In this document: positions 12,407-26,180 of the stretch, one piece after another
Layout: each line of letters starts with the position of its first letter
How positions within the stretch are numbered: the stretch's first letter is position 1
Source of the DNA: Octopus sinensis
Lineage: Eukaryota
Direction of reading: 5' to 3'
Assembly: GCF_006345805.1 (NCBI RefSeq)
Contig: NC_043001.1
Location: 87,172,001 to 87,236,000 of the forward strand
DNA: 64,000 nt
Position numbers and translations under genes: made by a program
Notes under the pieces: generated by a model
What the model was told of the DNA's origin: nothing
The model's database searches: none
What the model saw: only the letters and a program-made list of their open reading frames with translations

Positions 12407-12624
12407 AACGTTAGCACACCGGGCGAAACGTTAGCACACTGGGCGAAATGCTTAGTGGTATTTCATCTGCTGTTACGTTCTGAGTTCAAATTCTGCCGAG
12501 GTTGACTTTGACTTTCCTCATTTCAGGTTCAATAAATTAAGTACCAGTTACGCACTGGGGTCAATGTAATTGACTTAATCCCTTTGTCTGTCCTTGTTTA
12601 GCCCCTTGTGGGCAATAAAGAAAT
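12407..12624 (+). mobile_element. SINE family A with internal 19-bp tandem duplication
   Basis: AACGTTAGCACAC(C/T)GGGCG occurs twice at the head; the rest matches 2281-2505. Confidence 0.82.
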
Positions 12625-14158
12625 GAGAAACTGAAAGTAGCCTGGCATGTATGTTTGTACTGCCTCAGTTTGACATTGCATGATAGTTGCAAACAAGTGA
12701 CACTATCATACAAATAGTGTCATTTATTTGTAGTCTTTTATGTAGGAATGTCTGGCCATCAGGAAATATTATCTTGCTTGGTAACTGAAAGGGCATCTGA
12801 CTGCAGAAAGTCTGCCTCAACAAACTCCATCAGACCCATAAATAAGTCTTTATTATCTATTTGTTTATTCTTGAACTGGGTCAGAAGTGAGACAGTTTCA
12901 TATCTTTTCTGGGCTCTTGGGGAATTTTTGTGGGTTACTAGGGTTAATATTCAGTTTGAATTTTTATAAGTGGTAGAGTGTAAAGTATGAGTTCATTAGG
13001 AGATGCAGTTATAGTGGAAAAGGATGGGGAAATTGTTTAATATGCAGGAAGACAAGGGAAGAAGTGAGTTTAGATTTCAGGATGTTGGGCTCCAGAATGA
13101 TCAAGATAAAAGGTGATATAAGATATGGTAAAGCTGTCCAGCTGAAGCTAACATGGAAAAACAGAAGTTAAAACATTTATTAATGATGGTGACGACAGCA
13201 GTGGTGTTGTTGTTGTTGTTGGTGGTGATGGTGGGTGAGGGGAGTTACACATAGATTGTGATAGGCCAAGTGGCAGGTGCTTTGTGAGAGTTGAGGTGTG
13301 AGTTGGAAATACGGCAGCAACTTTAGCAGAGCATAAACCAAAGCAATTCAGAGCAAGAAAAAAACAGTGGGAAGACATAAGTAAACACTAGATGTCTGAT
13401 TAGGGAATACTGGTTTACTAATCTGATAGTTTTAGTGATCAACAAGACTGTGGAATTTGTCACAGTCTTTTGCAACCAATTATTGGTCTATGGAGTTGGA
13501 GTTGATAAAAATCTACTGACTAACCTAAATCTCTCTCTTCCTCATCATCATTTAAGCACCCAATTTTCCATGCTTGCAAGGATCAGAAAGAGATAATTCA
13601 TTGAAGCATATTTTCTACCCTTATATGCCCTTCCTGTTGTCAACCCTTACCTGTTTGCTGGACACTTTTTCATGAAAGAGTGAGGTTAATTTTCTTTCAA
13701 TTTTTATAGCTTTAAAAAACAAAAAAAAAAAAGTCACCCAAAATTCCAAATCAGTCATCTACTCAAACTAACCATAGTGAAAGATTGTTGTTCAGTGTTT
13801 AGCTGAGCTAGAAACCACCAGTCTGTTCAGTGCAAACAAACCAACCAAATGTATACTGTGATTGTAAACTTCTATTGTAAATATTTACTGCAAAGAATCA
13901 CTGTAGGACTTAGATAAGAGTAAAAGGACTGTTAAGAACTATTTCCATGATCAGTTACTTCAATATCTGCTTTCATACAAACACCTTGACTTCGCCCTTG
14001 TAATGTTAACATTTTAGCAGAAACCAGTTAAGTAAATGTAAATCAATAAGTGACACAAGTGAAAAAGGAAAAGTTGAATGGCCATTTAAATTGATTCCTT
14101 GTTATTGGTTTATTTGAACTTTAATTTTAATGTATCAGATCATGTCTTAGCCTAAGGT

Positions 14159-14196
<38 letters not shown>

Positions 14197-14197
<1 letters not shown>

Positions 14198-14405
14198 CTT
14201 TTATTAGTTTCAGTCATTTTGATTGCGGCCATGCTGGAGCACCGCCTTTAGTCAAGCAAATCAACCCAGGGACTTATTCTTTGTAAGCCTAGTACTTATT
14301 CTATCGGTCTCTTTTGCCGAACCGCTAAGTTACGGGGTCGTAAACACCAGCATTGGTTGTCAAGCGATGTTGGGGTGACAAACACAGACACACACGCATA
14401 CACAC
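14197..14405 (-). mobile_element. SINE family B 3' half
   Basis: TTCAGTCATTTGATTGCGGCCATGCTGGAGCACCGCC..AAACACAGAC(AC)n. Confidence 0.8.
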
Positions 14406-14459
14406 ACCTGAATTTCAATTAGAGGGGTTAGGGTTCTCAATTATTAAAATGGATAGGCA

Positions 14460-14726
14460 CAGTCATGGCTGTGTAGTTAAAAACTTTACTTCCCAATCAT
14501 ATGATTTTGGGTTCAGTCTTACTGTGTAGCACTTTGAACAAGTGTCTTCTGTAACCCCTTGCTGCTTGTGAGATTTGGGTGACAGAAATTGAAAGAAGTC
14601 CATTGCATGTGTGTGTGTTGTTGACATTGTGAAGAAGCATCACAGTCATGCAAATGGAAAATCTGCGTCAGCAAATTTTCTGACCCATACAAGCATGGAA
14701 AAGTGGACGTTAAAAGGATGATGATC
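14460..14726 (+). mobile_element. Chimeric SINE: family B head + family D (GAT)n tail
   Basis: B head and body to (TG)n, then AAATCTGC..TGACCCATACAAGCATGGAAAAGTGGACGTTAAA..GATGATGAT. Confidence 0.65.
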
Positions 14727-17469
14727 CCCCATTAGCTGGCAAACAACACAAAGCTAAAATAAATAATTACATTTGCATGGAACTCTGATGGGGTTGTTCA
14801 TCCGAACTTGTCGAACCCACCCTGGTTGGCGAAGGAGTCGCATGCTATGGTCCATTAATTTTGTCTTAATGGGAGTTCAGCAAGGACTTCTCAATGACAT
14901 TGTTTAAATTGTTTTGAAGCAAGAAGACACACAGGCAGGCTTTAGGATTGTCTAAGAACTATACTGCTTCTTGTGAAGATAATGCAATTAGTTCATGAAT
15001 ATACAATAATTGGTTATTTCTTATTGAAAATACTCAGCTGAAGAATGAGAATGAATTTAAGATATCCAATGTAGTAGATTTGTTGACAGAATTTTATAGC
15101 TTTTTTTTCAGCTCCAGTTATTTTATTGTTAATAATACAGCTCGTATCCAACTTGACTTTTTATTCTTTCCTCTTGTTAAAATCTTTAACATATGTTCTC
15201 ATATTAGTGTTCTCATTATACAAATATCTCTATGATCTTAATCTTTTCATTTTTTTTTTAATTGCAAACTATTCTATACTCATATTTACCCCATTCTGCT
15301 GCAAGGTGGATGGATTTGTATACAAACAAATAATTATATTTTAAATAGTTTTAGTTTTTGTGTTTTTCTGTCAGCTTTCACATCTCTATTTTCATGTTCT
15401 TTTTGGCCTATATCTTTATTCATGGAGATGATGCTAATGGTGATAAAGAAACAACCATTTCTATCAATCATTTATTCATTGCTGCTAGCTTTGTGATTTC
15501 CTTTGCAGTAGTTTAGTCTTAAGTGATGGATGAAATGAAACTCATCATTGTTGTCTACAATGGTTAGCTGCTCTATTGCTTTTATCATTTCAGGACTTTC
15601 TTTGGTGGAGGTGGAAAGGGGAGAGATCAATAGAGTATTCTTGAAACTATTGTCAGCAGCTGTATGTGTGTAGTTGCATGTGAGGCTTTATATTTTTCCA
15701 TAGCCTAGTTAAAAAAATCTGTTTTTATGAAAGCTTGCACTGATTGCCTTAGAATTGCCATGTTTTTATTACACTGACCTTCAAAAGACAAGAAATGTTT
15801 CTTCTAGTAAATATCAACACTTTTAAGGGACAAAATAGATTTGTTGCAGTATTCTCAATTGATAGTCAGATGATAAACAACTATCTCTCTATGATTTATG
15901 ATTGTATAAAATAGGATGCTTTTGTTTAACCCTTGGTCAGCTCTGACCTATGATCAAAGTGTCCCAGCTTTGGTCACTATGCCTTTTATGCAATAAAATT
16001 TAGTACATCAGGACTATGTTTTCTAAAGTCCTTCCATTTTTTAAAGATATTATTTTGATTCAAAGGAGATTTGGCTGTTTGTAGCAGGTCACATGATCAC
16101 ATAGAAGAGATGTTACTTACCATTACAGTTGTCTTTAGCCTTTCATCTTACTAAGCATATACTTGAAGCATAAGGGAGATTGATTCAGTCAATTCTGACC
16201 TCTATAAATTTAGCTCCTTTTTGTCAAAAAAAATTGACTAAGTGAACCAAATATGAAAACCAGTTTTAAATTCCAGCTGATGCACTTACATCATTAATAT
16301 TGCTAAGAAGATAATCAATGTTGTTAGCATGCAAAGGATCATAATTATTTTGGGGATGTACATGTTAAATAAGTTATTTCATATGAGATAATATATATAC
16401 ATAGTCAAGACTTTTGTGATTACTATGATATATAAAACCAGTTTTTGGAAAATTTTAACATGTTATTCCAGGAATAGCGAAAGCAAATTCAAAGACAAAT
16501 CTCTGACAATGCAGCAGTACTACTGAAATAATGATGATGGCTTCCAATTTTGGTACAAGGGCACAAATTTTGTATGTAACATGGTGTACTTGATAAAATT
16601 GATCTAGTACTAATTTTATTGACTTCGTATATTTTGTCCAACACTTTTCTGATTCCATCAACCAATAATTTTAATAAATTATTTTCTACCTATTTGTACT
16701 ATAGTGACTTTGGTGGGATCTAATATACTATCACAACATACTAAGCCATGGTATAATTTTGTACTTGCATATTTCCTTCTACTACTTTTTCCTCTGTTTC
16801 TGTCTGCTGGTTTCTCTGCTGCTCACCCCACTTCTCTGTCTGTTTGATTCTCTCTATCTCTGTCTCTTCCTGTCTTTCCGATTCTCTCTCTTTCTCTCTC
16901 CATTTATCTGTCTTAGATCAGTTTCCATGAATTTTCATTTGATCAAGTCAAAAATTACCTCCGTTTCCTTTCTTTGTAAGGGGGTTATTTTTAGCAGATG
17001 CAAGTGACATTTCACAAATTTTAAATGAAAGCTACAGATTTATTTCATTTGAGTTATATTTATTTTTGTTTGAAAACCTTTTTTTTTTCTTTTTTTCTTA
17101 ACATTGGAGGCAGAATAATTTTCTATTTTCTTTACTGGAATTTAGAGCCAGAAATGTGAAGTTCAGTTCTGTTTTACAACCTTAAACATTAATTTATTTT
17201 TCTTTGGCTGTTGAGATTTTTTTTTTTTTTTGAAAGTAACATTGGGTTGGCAATGTTGAGAATGATCTGTAATACATTAGTAATTTCTATTAAAATTGGT
17301 ATTATATGTAGGTATTGTATGTACGTATTATATATAGTTAGTATTATATATAAGCTGTGAGTTGGAAGAGGCGTTAGAGCATTGAATAGGATGCTTTGTG
17401 ACATTTGTTCTGACTCTATGCTCTGAGATCAATTTCACCTTTCATTCTTTTGATGTCAATAAAAACTAT

Positions 17470-17888
17470 CTGGTAGACAGAAAGGATCTGGTAGAAGGAA
17501 ACTGAAAGAAACCCATTGTGTGTGTTATGTGCACGTGTGTGTGTGTCCTTGTCTTGACACTGCAGGATAGTTATAAATGAGCATCTCTGTCATACAACCA
17601 GAGTCTCTCATTTCTAGTCTTCCTTGAAAAAAATATCAAGCTATGGGGAAATATTACCTTGCTGGCTGTAGAAAATCTGCCTCAACAAATTCTGTCTGAC
17701 CCATGCAAGCATGGAAAAGTGAATATTGAAACGATGATTTGTTTGTTTGTTTATTTATTTATATATTTCAGGCTCCAATTCAAACATTGCCAAAGATTGG
17801 AGCCTGGTGCAGCTGCTGGCTCTCCTGACCTCAGTCAAACCGTCCAACCCATGCCAGCATGGAAAACAGACATTAAACAGTGATGATG

Positions 17889-17890
<2 letters not shown>
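17470..17890 (+). mobile_element. SINE family D followed by a family C 3' fragment
   Basis: GGATCTGGTAGAAGGAAACTGAAAGAA..(TG)n..GACCCATGCAAGCATGGAAAAG, then GATTGGAGCCTGGTGCAG..ACCCATGCCAGCATGGAAA..(GAT)n. Confidence 0.65.
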
Positions 17891-17928
<38 letters not shown>

Positions 17929-18326
17929 CACCTTTTGGTGACATGATTAAAGATTTCAAAACCATAACATTTCAAAATATTGTATTATAGTAGTAATTTT
18001 TTAAACCTTACATTAAATAAATTTGTCATGATAATAAGTAATTTTTTATATTTTAAATATAATTTTATCAAAATCTTTACATTATAAGCTATGCTGAAAT
18101 ATGAGATATATTTGAATTTAATTTTCTTTTCCATTTTGATCAGTAATTTTTGATAATCTAAATTAAATATTTACATTAACATCTAGAAGAATTCATTCAA
18201 TTTATCTCTTCGTAAGTAATGTATTTATCATCTGTGAAAGAATTTTTGTAGCCTCTTCCCCCATCACCCATCTAAAATTTTGGCAGATATAGCTATCCTT
18301 GCAAAATATCTCAATAAATAACTACA

Positions 18327-18365
<39 letters not shown>

Positions 18366-20226
18366 TTTAGCTTTTCCTTAACAGCTTTAAATCTACTTCT
18401 GCAGTAGGGAAAAAAATAAACTAATGGATTATCATCTAGTCATGCTTGCTTGCATGCAGTTCATGTGTAGATAAGAACTCATTTGGGGCCAACTTCATCA
18501 TGTTACCAACATTCATCTCAGCATAAAAAATAATCTTAAAAAGAGAGGGAGCATGAAATTAAAATCTGGAAGGAAAGTTCTTAGATCTGTTAGTAATTAA
18601 AGAAAATTTAGAAAGAGCTGAAAGTTCATCACATATATGAAACTCAGAATCCATGAAATTTCTGTTTTCCAATTGTTTACTGCTAGCCTCTAAAGATTAC
18701 ATTGCAGGCAGGCACCTTTTGAACTTATTTAAGATCATATGGCACTTAATATCCATCATGTTAGTCATTTGATCTGTATCCAAGGCAATGGGTGGTGGTG
18801 TAATGGATGTAGTGTTTTGCAGTAATTATGCCTGTTTACTTTCCGAGTTCAAATCTTGTTTGGGTTGACCAATTTTATTCTTTTTTTGGAAAAGGGCTAA
18901 AGTGGTAAGGTTCATTAAATTGACAGCTATTCTCTTTTAAAATGTATGACTTAAAATTTGTATTGTTAGAAATCATTGGATTATCAGAATTGTTAGAACA
19001 TCAGACAAAATGCCTTGCTATATTTCTTTCAGCTCTGTATATTCCAAGTTCAAATTACACTGCAATCAACTTCACCTTTCATCTTTTCTAAGTCAATAAA
19101 ATGAAGCACCAGTCAAATACTGAGGTTGACAGTTTCAATTAACACTCTCTTGAAATTGCTAACTTTATGCCTAAAATCACTTATCATTGCTATTGTCACA
19201 GCTGTTTTTCCATGAAACAAACTCTTCTACATTTGAATTTCAATAAGCAGTCATCTCTGATTTAGACCCTCTATATTGCTATTCTAAATTATTCTTGCTA
19301 TAACATATGTGTGCCTGTTTGGCACTGTGTAGCAGAAAGAATATACATCAGCTTTCTAAGTTGTCCATTTCTCCCTACTGTATTGCCTTTGAACACTGGT
19401 TTCTTTTGACTAGATGCATGGATTCATTGGAGAGAAGAAACTTTGAAGCTCATTCTAAGAGTAAAATGAAATGTCTTTTGCCAGGAGTTTAATCCAGATC
19501 ATGGTGTTTATTTGCTAGAAACTTTTCTTTGATCATACAATTTTTTGTCCCTATTTTGGCTAGTCTGGTAATCCCATGCTTGTGAACATTTTCCCTCTTC
19601 AACTATTTTCAGCATAGCTTGTTTAGTTTAAATGTCTGTTGCTAAATATCTGGTTGAAAACCAGAAGTGTAGGAAATGTCTGATCAGCATTCTTACAACA
19701 GAATCAACACTGCTGAAGGAAGACAAGGACCAGCTAGAGGTTTTAAACTGGTGCCAATCCAACAACTACCTGCTTGTCTTTTTCTTAGTTGTATCACATA
19801 TACAGCTTTTAATCCAATATATAAACCTTAATCTTCTATATATTGAATTAAAAGCTGATGTACAAAAGATCTCTTCCTCTAGTTATAAAGTATTTTGGAA
19901 TTCTTTCCCTATAACTAAGTTGTTCTACAGGGGAAATTTCAGGAAAGCCTGAAAATTACAAACATTAACACACACAAACACACACCTGCTTCAACACAAA
20001 CCCCAGGTCATCCTTGATCAAGTGGTCATGACCATCTATTTCCAAGTAATTTAGGATCGTTTAGTTTTGGACAGTATTTCTCTCTATGGTTCTCAGTGTT
20101 TCCTATTTACACCTCATTGTGAAATAATACACATGACTAAAATTTTACTATGATCTCACCATTGGGGCATAGCAAGATTTTAGTGGTGTGTGGGTATTTG
20201 CAACAAAGTTTTGATTAAACCTTCTT

Positions 20227-20537
<311 letters not shown>

Positions 20538-20908
20538 TAGATATTGTTATTAGTTTTTATTTCTTTTTTTTTCCATATTGATATGAACTAAAATGCTTAG
20601 TTCTCCAGTCTTCCATATATTTATCTCCCAACTTCAACAGTAGTTGATCAGTCTGTCACACATGCAGTGCTGGTCCTACTGATATATTTGGTGATATTTC
20701 TAGAATGAGGCTTTTTTTTTTTATCCTTTTTCGGGTGTTTCATCTTTCAGATGTTCTCCCTGGAGGTAAGACGTTTTTTTCTCTAGTTTGTTGCACACAC
20801 GCATTTTTGCTAATACATACGCGGTGAAGCTACACATTAGCGTCGTATTTTTACGTTCGCTATTTCCAGTAAATATCGGTACTTAGTTGTGCCATTTATT
20901 TACTAATT

Positions 20909-20956
<48 letters not shown>

Positions 20957-21504
20957 GTATGCTGTATATATATTCTTTTGAAATATGTATGTGTGTGTGT
21001 ATGTATGTATGCTTCATCCAGTTATGGTGGGATATCTTTTTCAAAAAAAATCCAAGTGAGGCATGAGGCAAAAAAAGGTTGAGAAACACTGAGCTAAGAC
21101 TACATTATTTAATGTACTTTTAGTTTTTTTTAAGATTACAGGGCGTATTTTTGAGAAATTTTATTGTTATTTCTAGTAGATTGGGCAATCCTATAGAGGG
21201 TTTCGTTGTTTACTTAGGCTTCATTAGTTTACTTAGTTACATTTTGTTTATAATCTACTATGGGGTAAAGATTCTCCTTCATGTTTACCATAAGAATAAC
21301 AAGTAAAACCATTCTAGATATTGTTATTAGTTTTTATTTCTTTTTTTTTTCCATATTGATATGAACTAAAATGCTTAGTTCTCCAGTCTTCCATATATTT
21401 ATCTCCCAACTTCAACAGTAGTTGATCAGTCTGTCACACATGCAGTGCTGGTCCTACTGATATATTTGGTGATATTTCTAGAATGAGGCTTTTTTTTTTT
21501 TTTT
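20538..21504 (+). repeat. Near-identical direct repeat (20538-20722 and 21315-21504) around a 592-bp spacer
   Basis: The copies differ only in poly-T lengths as far as can be read. Confidence 0.92.
20751..20765 (+). other. Candidate 15-nt microexon
   Basis: CATCTTTCAG|ATGTTCTCCCTGGAG|GTAAGA; strong consensus sites, length a multiple of 3. Confidence 0.3.
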
Positions 21505-22226
21505 GTCAGACTTGAACTTTTATAAACCATTACCAACTACTAGTTGGTGGTAATAATTATAGATGATAAGTTTTCATTAATATTTTTTCAATATTAATGA
21601 ATTCACTTTTGGTAAACTAAACAATTCCAAAAATAAATAAATAAATAAATAGTAATTTTATTTTAACATTTAGAGAGAATTTTAAATCCCCTATATTATT
21701 CTTGCTATAACAGAATAATGGTCAATGCCATAGAAAATGTTTGGTGCGCTGACACCTCACACTTGTTCACACAATGATATTATTAATATTGTAGAACTTA
21801 TTAGCACAAAACTTTCCAGTTCAGAGTATCATACAAAATGTCAGTAGGAGACGACTATTACATGATTATCCTGGGGCAGCTTGACAGGGGTGAGTGGCTT
21901 GCAATTTTAAGATACTTCATGTTTTTTTTAAAGGTCAAACAAAGCAATTAACATCATTAGTGTGTCTAAATCTTGAACTGGAACACTTTTAGATTGTAAT
22001 CTATAGTTGTCTTACTGCCTTTTCATTCATGTCTCAGTACTAGTGACTATGGGAAGTACTAGACCAACATTGACAGTTTACACTGTAGTAAAGAGAACAC
22101 TACAGTATATGTGATGGTAGTAAACCAATGTTGACAGATACTTTAGATAGTTTACTCTGTAAGTAAAGTGCTAAGTATCATTAAGCCAGGCTTTGTATTT
22201 GCATAAGTCATTATCAGTAATATGTG

Positions 22227-22415
22227 AGCTGGCAGAATCATTAGCACACCAGAAAAATGCTTGGCAGCATTTCTTCTGGTTTCATGTTCTGGGTTTAAAT
22301 GCTTCCAAAGTTAACTTTACCTTTCGTCCTTTCAGGGTTGATAAAATAGTACCAATTGAAAACGGGTCAGTGTCATCAACTAAACCCTTCTTCCCCTGGC
22401 CTTGTGCCAAAAATT
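22227..22415 (+). mobile_element. SINE family A variant
   Basis: GAGCTGGCAGAATCATTAGCACACC..AACTTTACCTTTCGTCCTTTCAGGG..CCTTGTGCCAAAAATTAG. Confidence 0.72.
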
Positions 22416-22436
22416 AGAAAGAATATTAGTAATATA

Positions 22437-22857
22437 GGCATAGGAGTGGCTGTGTGGTAAATAACTTGCTTATGAACCACATGCTTCTGGGTTCAGTTCC
22501 ACTGCGTGGCACCTTGGGCAAGTATCTTTTTCCTATAGCCTTGGGCCGACCAAAGCCTTGTGAGTGGATTTGGTAGGCAGAAACTGAAAGAAGCCCATCG
22601 TGTATATGTATATATATATGTATGTGTGTGTATATGTTTATGTGTCTGTGTTTGTCCCCCCAACATTGCTTGACAACTGATGCTGATGTGTTTACGTCCC
22701 CGTAACTTAACAGTTTGGCAAAAAGAGATCGATAGAATAAATACTAGGCTTACAAAGAATAAGTCCTGGGGTCGATTTGCTCGACTAAAGGTGGTGCTCC
22801 AGCATGGCCACAGTCACATGACTGAAACAAGTAAAAGAGAGAGTAAAGAGTAAGAGA
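22437..22857 (+). mobile_element. SINE family B, full length
   Basis: GGCATAGGAGTGGCTGTGTGG head through ATGACTGAAACAAGTAAAAGAG tail. Confidence 0.88.
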
Positions 22858-23124
22858 ATATGAAATAGTAAATGTTCCAGGCAGTAAAGCTCATCTGTAT
22901 CTTTATTTGTTCATCATTTTCATAGTCATTATTGTTTATTCATTCACTTTTCTGTGCTGACACGTGTTGGATGGGTTTTTACATAGTAACGTTTTACGGC
23001 TGGATACCCATCCTCTCACCAACCCCATACAGCAACATGATGGTACCTATTCTGAAACGGAAATATATATTACTTGGGTTCTAGTGGATTAAAGTGCAAA
23101 GTTATTGCATGACTGCAATCTCAG

Positions 23125-23560
23125 CCCATATACATCATCATGATCATCATTTTTATGCCTGTTCTTCCATTCTTGCAAGGGTTGGAGAAGTCTCCTCCAA
23201 CAAAGCAGCCTGCCACTTGTTGCATTTCTTTATCATTTCCTTTGTGAAGTTCTGCATCCTGAGATCGGCCTCCACCACTTCTGTCTAAGTCTTCCTTGGT
23301 CTTCCTCTTCCAGTTTCCTTCTACAAGAACCACTTGATACTTCTTTGCCTATCTCTTATCATCCATGCACATTACATATCCATAATAATACACTTGTATG
23401 CATACTATGATTCCTCTTTTACTCTGTTTTTTTTTTTTCCTCATCACTCGTCCTCATGCACTCTAGCATTACACACCCAGCAGAATATGCTTGCTTCATT
23501 CTCTCCAGTCATTACACATCTTCAGTGTTTAATGCCTTTGTCCTACAGCTCCTACACAAT
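23125..23560 (-). mobile_element. RTE-type LINE 3' fragment (decayed RT C-terminus)
   Basis: Minus strand reads YGYVMCMDD.. and, after a frameshift, GRGRPRKT*TEVVEADLRM (cf. RTE-like WYGHV.R..GRGRPRKTW..VV..DL); ends in a GAT-rich tail. Confidence 0.72.
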
Positions 23561-24819
23561 CATTGTGCAATCTATCCATTATTTGAAGAAAGATTCTCTT
23601 TGCTGTCAGCTCCCTGATTTTTTTCTTCATGTATATGGTAAATCAAATTAAACATTGTTTTACAATAAAATCTTAACATGAAATCAACAGTTAGAAAAAC
23701 ATTGTCATTAATTTTAATTCATATAGTTACACTAGTGGGTTTGAGAAATCACAACTTCTAGATAAGGCCTTTTTTTTTTCTACACTAGCTCTGAGAAGGA
23801 TTGAGTTTAGCATTATAAGTCAATAATATACTGGTCAGTAGTCACCCTACACTACATAATGGTATATAACTGTTAGACGAACAAGCAAGATTCGGTTAGT
23901 ACCAGAGAATATAATGCTGGTGATAGACTACAGCCAGTGGACTAATACTATTTTGACACGGCTCATACCAGAAAGACTTAGTAGTACTTATATCTGATGT
24001 AAAAGATTATTGTTTTAGAGATGATCTGAGTAGGAGGAAATATCTATATATATATATTGAGGGACAGACTGTAGACTTAGCATGAGGAAATGGATGTGGA
24101 ATCATTGATACTATAGTTGATATTGCTGTAAACTAAGATTATGTCAGATTATTATGTCGTGACTTTTAATATATGTCAACAGATAGTTCATTTACCTTCA
24201 TAAGATGTTTGGGGAAATTAATCTATATCTAGTAATTTTTCCTTCAAGGTCAATGTGACAGTTGTAAGAGATTAACATGAATGTTTCTGTTGCTCAATGC
24301 ATAGTTGGTATCTATTTTCACTTATCATCTCTTATAGGTGTGGTGATTTACAAGCTGGAGAACTTGTGTTAAATCAGGCAACCTGCTTATGTTTTCTGTA
24401 TAAATATCATATAAGATATCTGAAACATACACATGAAACTGAGATGTGTAGCAGAAGTGAAGCAGCTGGGGAGATAAAAGTATTGGTCTACCAGCTCATC
24501 GATAACAGATTTGCTGCTCATGTTTTGTTATTTTTCTGGGTAGAACACTCTGTTCTACATTATTTTAAGTCTTCTGGCTGTAAAGAATAGATATCAGATC
24601 ATCTCTGTTATCTGTGATTATAATGTTCTGTCGCTAGTGATTCAGGCCACAAAACAGGAGTTAAATACCAGCCTTTAAAAGACCTTCAGAACTGATGAAA
24701 AATTTACCCCCAGCACATAAGTGCACACTTAGTGTTCAGTACTGGCTTTCTTTCTTATATGCAGAAACTTTAGTAAGAAGTCAAGGTTCATATCTAAATT
24801 GATGCTTACAAGGCAAGTG

Positions 24820-25236
24820 AAAATCAAAATCAAGATCAAATCAAATCAAATCAGATATCAGAAAGTAGAACCAAAATCGAGGTCGATCAACATCAATGGA
24901 AATTGCAGCTGTGATACCAGTGCCGGTGACAAGTAAGCGAACCATCCGATCGTGGCCGTTGCCAGCGCCGCCCCGACTGGCCTCCATGCTGGTGGCACGT
25001 AAAAAGCACCATCCATCCGTGGCCGTTTGCCAGCCCCATCTGGCACCTGTGCGGGTGGCACGTAAAAAGCACCCACTTCACTCACGGAGTGGTTGGCGTT
25101 AGGAAGGGCATCCAGCCATAGAAACACTGCCAGATCAGGCTGGGCCTAATGCAGCCTTCTGGCTTCCCAGACCCCAGTTGAACCGTCCAACCCATGCTAG
25201 CATGGAAAGCGGACGCTAAATGATGATGATGATGAT
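24820..25236 (+). mobile_element. Retroposon family C, longest copy
   Basis: (ATCAA)n-like 5' part, GGTGGCACGTAAAAAGCACC subunits, GACGCTAAA(TGA)n tail. Confidence 0.82.
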
Positions 25237-25253
25237 ATTCTGGTATTTATTAC

Positions 25254-25437
25254 TCTTACTCTTTTACTATTTTACTTGTTTCAGTCATTTGACTGCAACC
25301 ATGCTGGAGCATCACGTTTAGTCGAGCAAATCAACCCCAGGACTTATTCTATCGGTCTCTTTTGCCGAACCGCTAAGTTACAGGGACATAAACACACCAG
25401 CACCGGTTGTCAAGCAGTGTTGAGAGAACAAACACAG

Positions 25438-25470
<33 letters not shown>

Positions 25471-25660
25471 CACACACATATGTATATGCATATATACAAC
25501 GGGCTTCTTTCAGTTTCCGTCTACCAAATCCACTCACATGGCTTTGGTCGACCCGAGGCTATAGTAGAAGACACTTGCCCAAGGTGCCATGCAGTGAGAC
25601 TGAACCCAGAACCATGTGGTTGGTAAGCAAGCTACTTACCACACAGCCACTCCTATGCCT
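25254..25660 (-). mobile_element. SINE family B, full length
   Basis: Reverse of the 22437-22857 architecture; explains ORFs 25276..25626 and 25407..25709. Confidence 0.88.
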
Positions 25661-26101
25661 ATACATAACTTTTGTTGTGATAAGACAGTTCCAGCCTGAT
25701 TTGACCTAAAAACTATAAAACTTGAAACTTACAGAAGTAATTTAATTTCTTCTCCATTTCTTTTGTTTCAGGTGTGGTTAACGATTGCATAGATAGGTGT
25801 AGATCAATATCAACAGTTTACACAGCAGTAAAGGGTGGAATTTGTGATGAAACTCATTGAGTAACAATATAAATCATGATATAGTATTTTAGTGATATCA
25901 CAGGTTTTGGTTTCTCTGTAGAATCTATCCTCATTTATTATGAGGGTTTGGTTAAAAAAAAGTGATAAATAGATCAGTGATAAAAGAAGCATTTCTATAT
26001 ATTTTCTATATATTTTGTAAATGGAATTTACAAAGATCAATTGACACCAACTTGTGGCCCATCTCGCATATTTTCTTGATCATTTATATCTTTTCCTGTA
26101 G

Positions 26102-26180
26102 AGAATATATTCATTTGCATCATTTGTCAGGATTAGATGCCTTCATATTTTTTCTATTCACTGATTCCATGTTGGTGGGT
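26102..26180 (+). other. Candidate 79-nt exon (EYIHLHHLSGLDAFIFFLFTDSMLVG)
   Basis: TCTTTTCCTGTAG| acceptor, GGT|GTGAGT donor, one open frame. No homology recognised. Confidence 0.25.

Noticed and set aside
14790-14845. HDV-like ribozyme, SECIS or miR-100 similarity (ATCCGAACTTGT)
   Set aside because: A P1-like stem and GGCGAA are present but P3 and P1.1 cannot form; the SECIS quartet is incomplete; the miR-100 match is a 12-mer lacking the seed and a proper precursor.
24297-24590. 97-aa ORF with acceptor at 24347 and possible GC donor at 24388
   Set aside because: Non-consensus donor, no homology recognised, cannot be linked to other exons.
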